DNA of 64,000 nucleotides from an uncultured Acidobacteriota bacterium (GTDB taxonomy: Bacteria > Acidobacteriota > Blastocatellia > RBC074): contig CAWCKY010000003.1 in NCBI GenBank assembly GCA_963796275.1, positions 864,001 to 928,000 on the forward strand, read 5' to 3'. Positions 63,744 to 64,000 of the stretch are shown here, piece by piece (position 1 is the stretch's first letter; each line of letters opens with the position of its first letter). Position numbers and translations under genes: made by a program. Under the pieces are notes generated by a model. It ran no database searches. It saw nothing but the letters and a program-made list of their open reading frames with translations, and had not been told where the DNA came from.

Positions 63744-64000
63744 ATGGAGCCAATTATTGCGCCCAACGTGCGTTGGGGTGAATGGATAAGTGAAGGATGG
63801 CAGATGTTTGCCGCTCGCTGGCAGGTATGGGTTCTACAATCGCTGATTATATTCTTGACCTTGGGGATCCCCGTACTAATTATATATGGGTGGATTTTCA
63901 GCGCTACGATTATCGAAGGCCGAAACGGCCCGGCAAGGGACATGCCGCCAATTTTTGCAGTGTTTGTATTGGTGGCGGTGCCGCTCATTATGTTGGCATC
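63744..64000 (+). CDS. Membrane hypothetical protein (3'-partial)
   Basis: AAGGA SD, then MEPIIAPNVRWGEWISEGWQMF...; hydrophobic; open to the window end. Confidence 0.65.
   Translation, partial: MEPIIAPNVRWGEWISEGWQMFAARWQVWVLQSLIIFLTLGIPVLIIYGWIFSATIIEGRNGPARDMPPIFAVFVLVAVPLIMLA

Overview
Bacterial chromosomal window, most likely from an Acidobacteriota (Blastocatellia-like) genome. The taxon is inferred from gene content: an acidobacterial-type VWA protein, a carboxypeptidase-regulatory-like beta-sandwich protein, a CHAT/TPR protein, DUF4394 and an M36 protease. Left arm (1-18.6 kb): partial BamA-like gene, exported CHAT protease, DUF4394, AraC-VOC-VOC, a GAF-GAF hybrid kinase, an AbiEi/AbiEii-like type IV toxin-antitoxin pair, DUF1622, REP-like palindromes and a large M36 fungalysin. 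Centre (19-44.3 kb): a general-stress/dormancy island with an APH-AAA kinase, DUF72, two ferritin-like proteins, lmo0937, SYLF, two DUF421, BON-SRPBCC, PolX, CBS, DUF4397, a USP-GSP26 fusion, a Cu-binding four-helix bundle and small basic proteins, surrounding a PAS kinase and a giant CheB-CheR-PAS hybrid kinase. The main unannotated signal is a correctly oriented sigma54-type -24/-12 box in front of most transcription units of this island (10 GG-N10-GC sites plus one variant). The CheB-CheR kinase has a degenerate CheB site and a 4 x 231-bp (11-heptad) coiled-coil expansion. Right arm: EamA, PHP hydrolase, serine hydrolase, VWA, a Cys-rich RPP-ending leader ORF plus czcCBA-like efflux, DedA/VTT, a ~4.4-kb integrase-less island between tRNA-Ser(TGA) and a 23-bp copy of its 3' end, and a TIM-barrel isomerase. 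Several single-base frameshifts in otherwise intact genes suggest long-read consensus errors. All calls are by eye; no database search was run.
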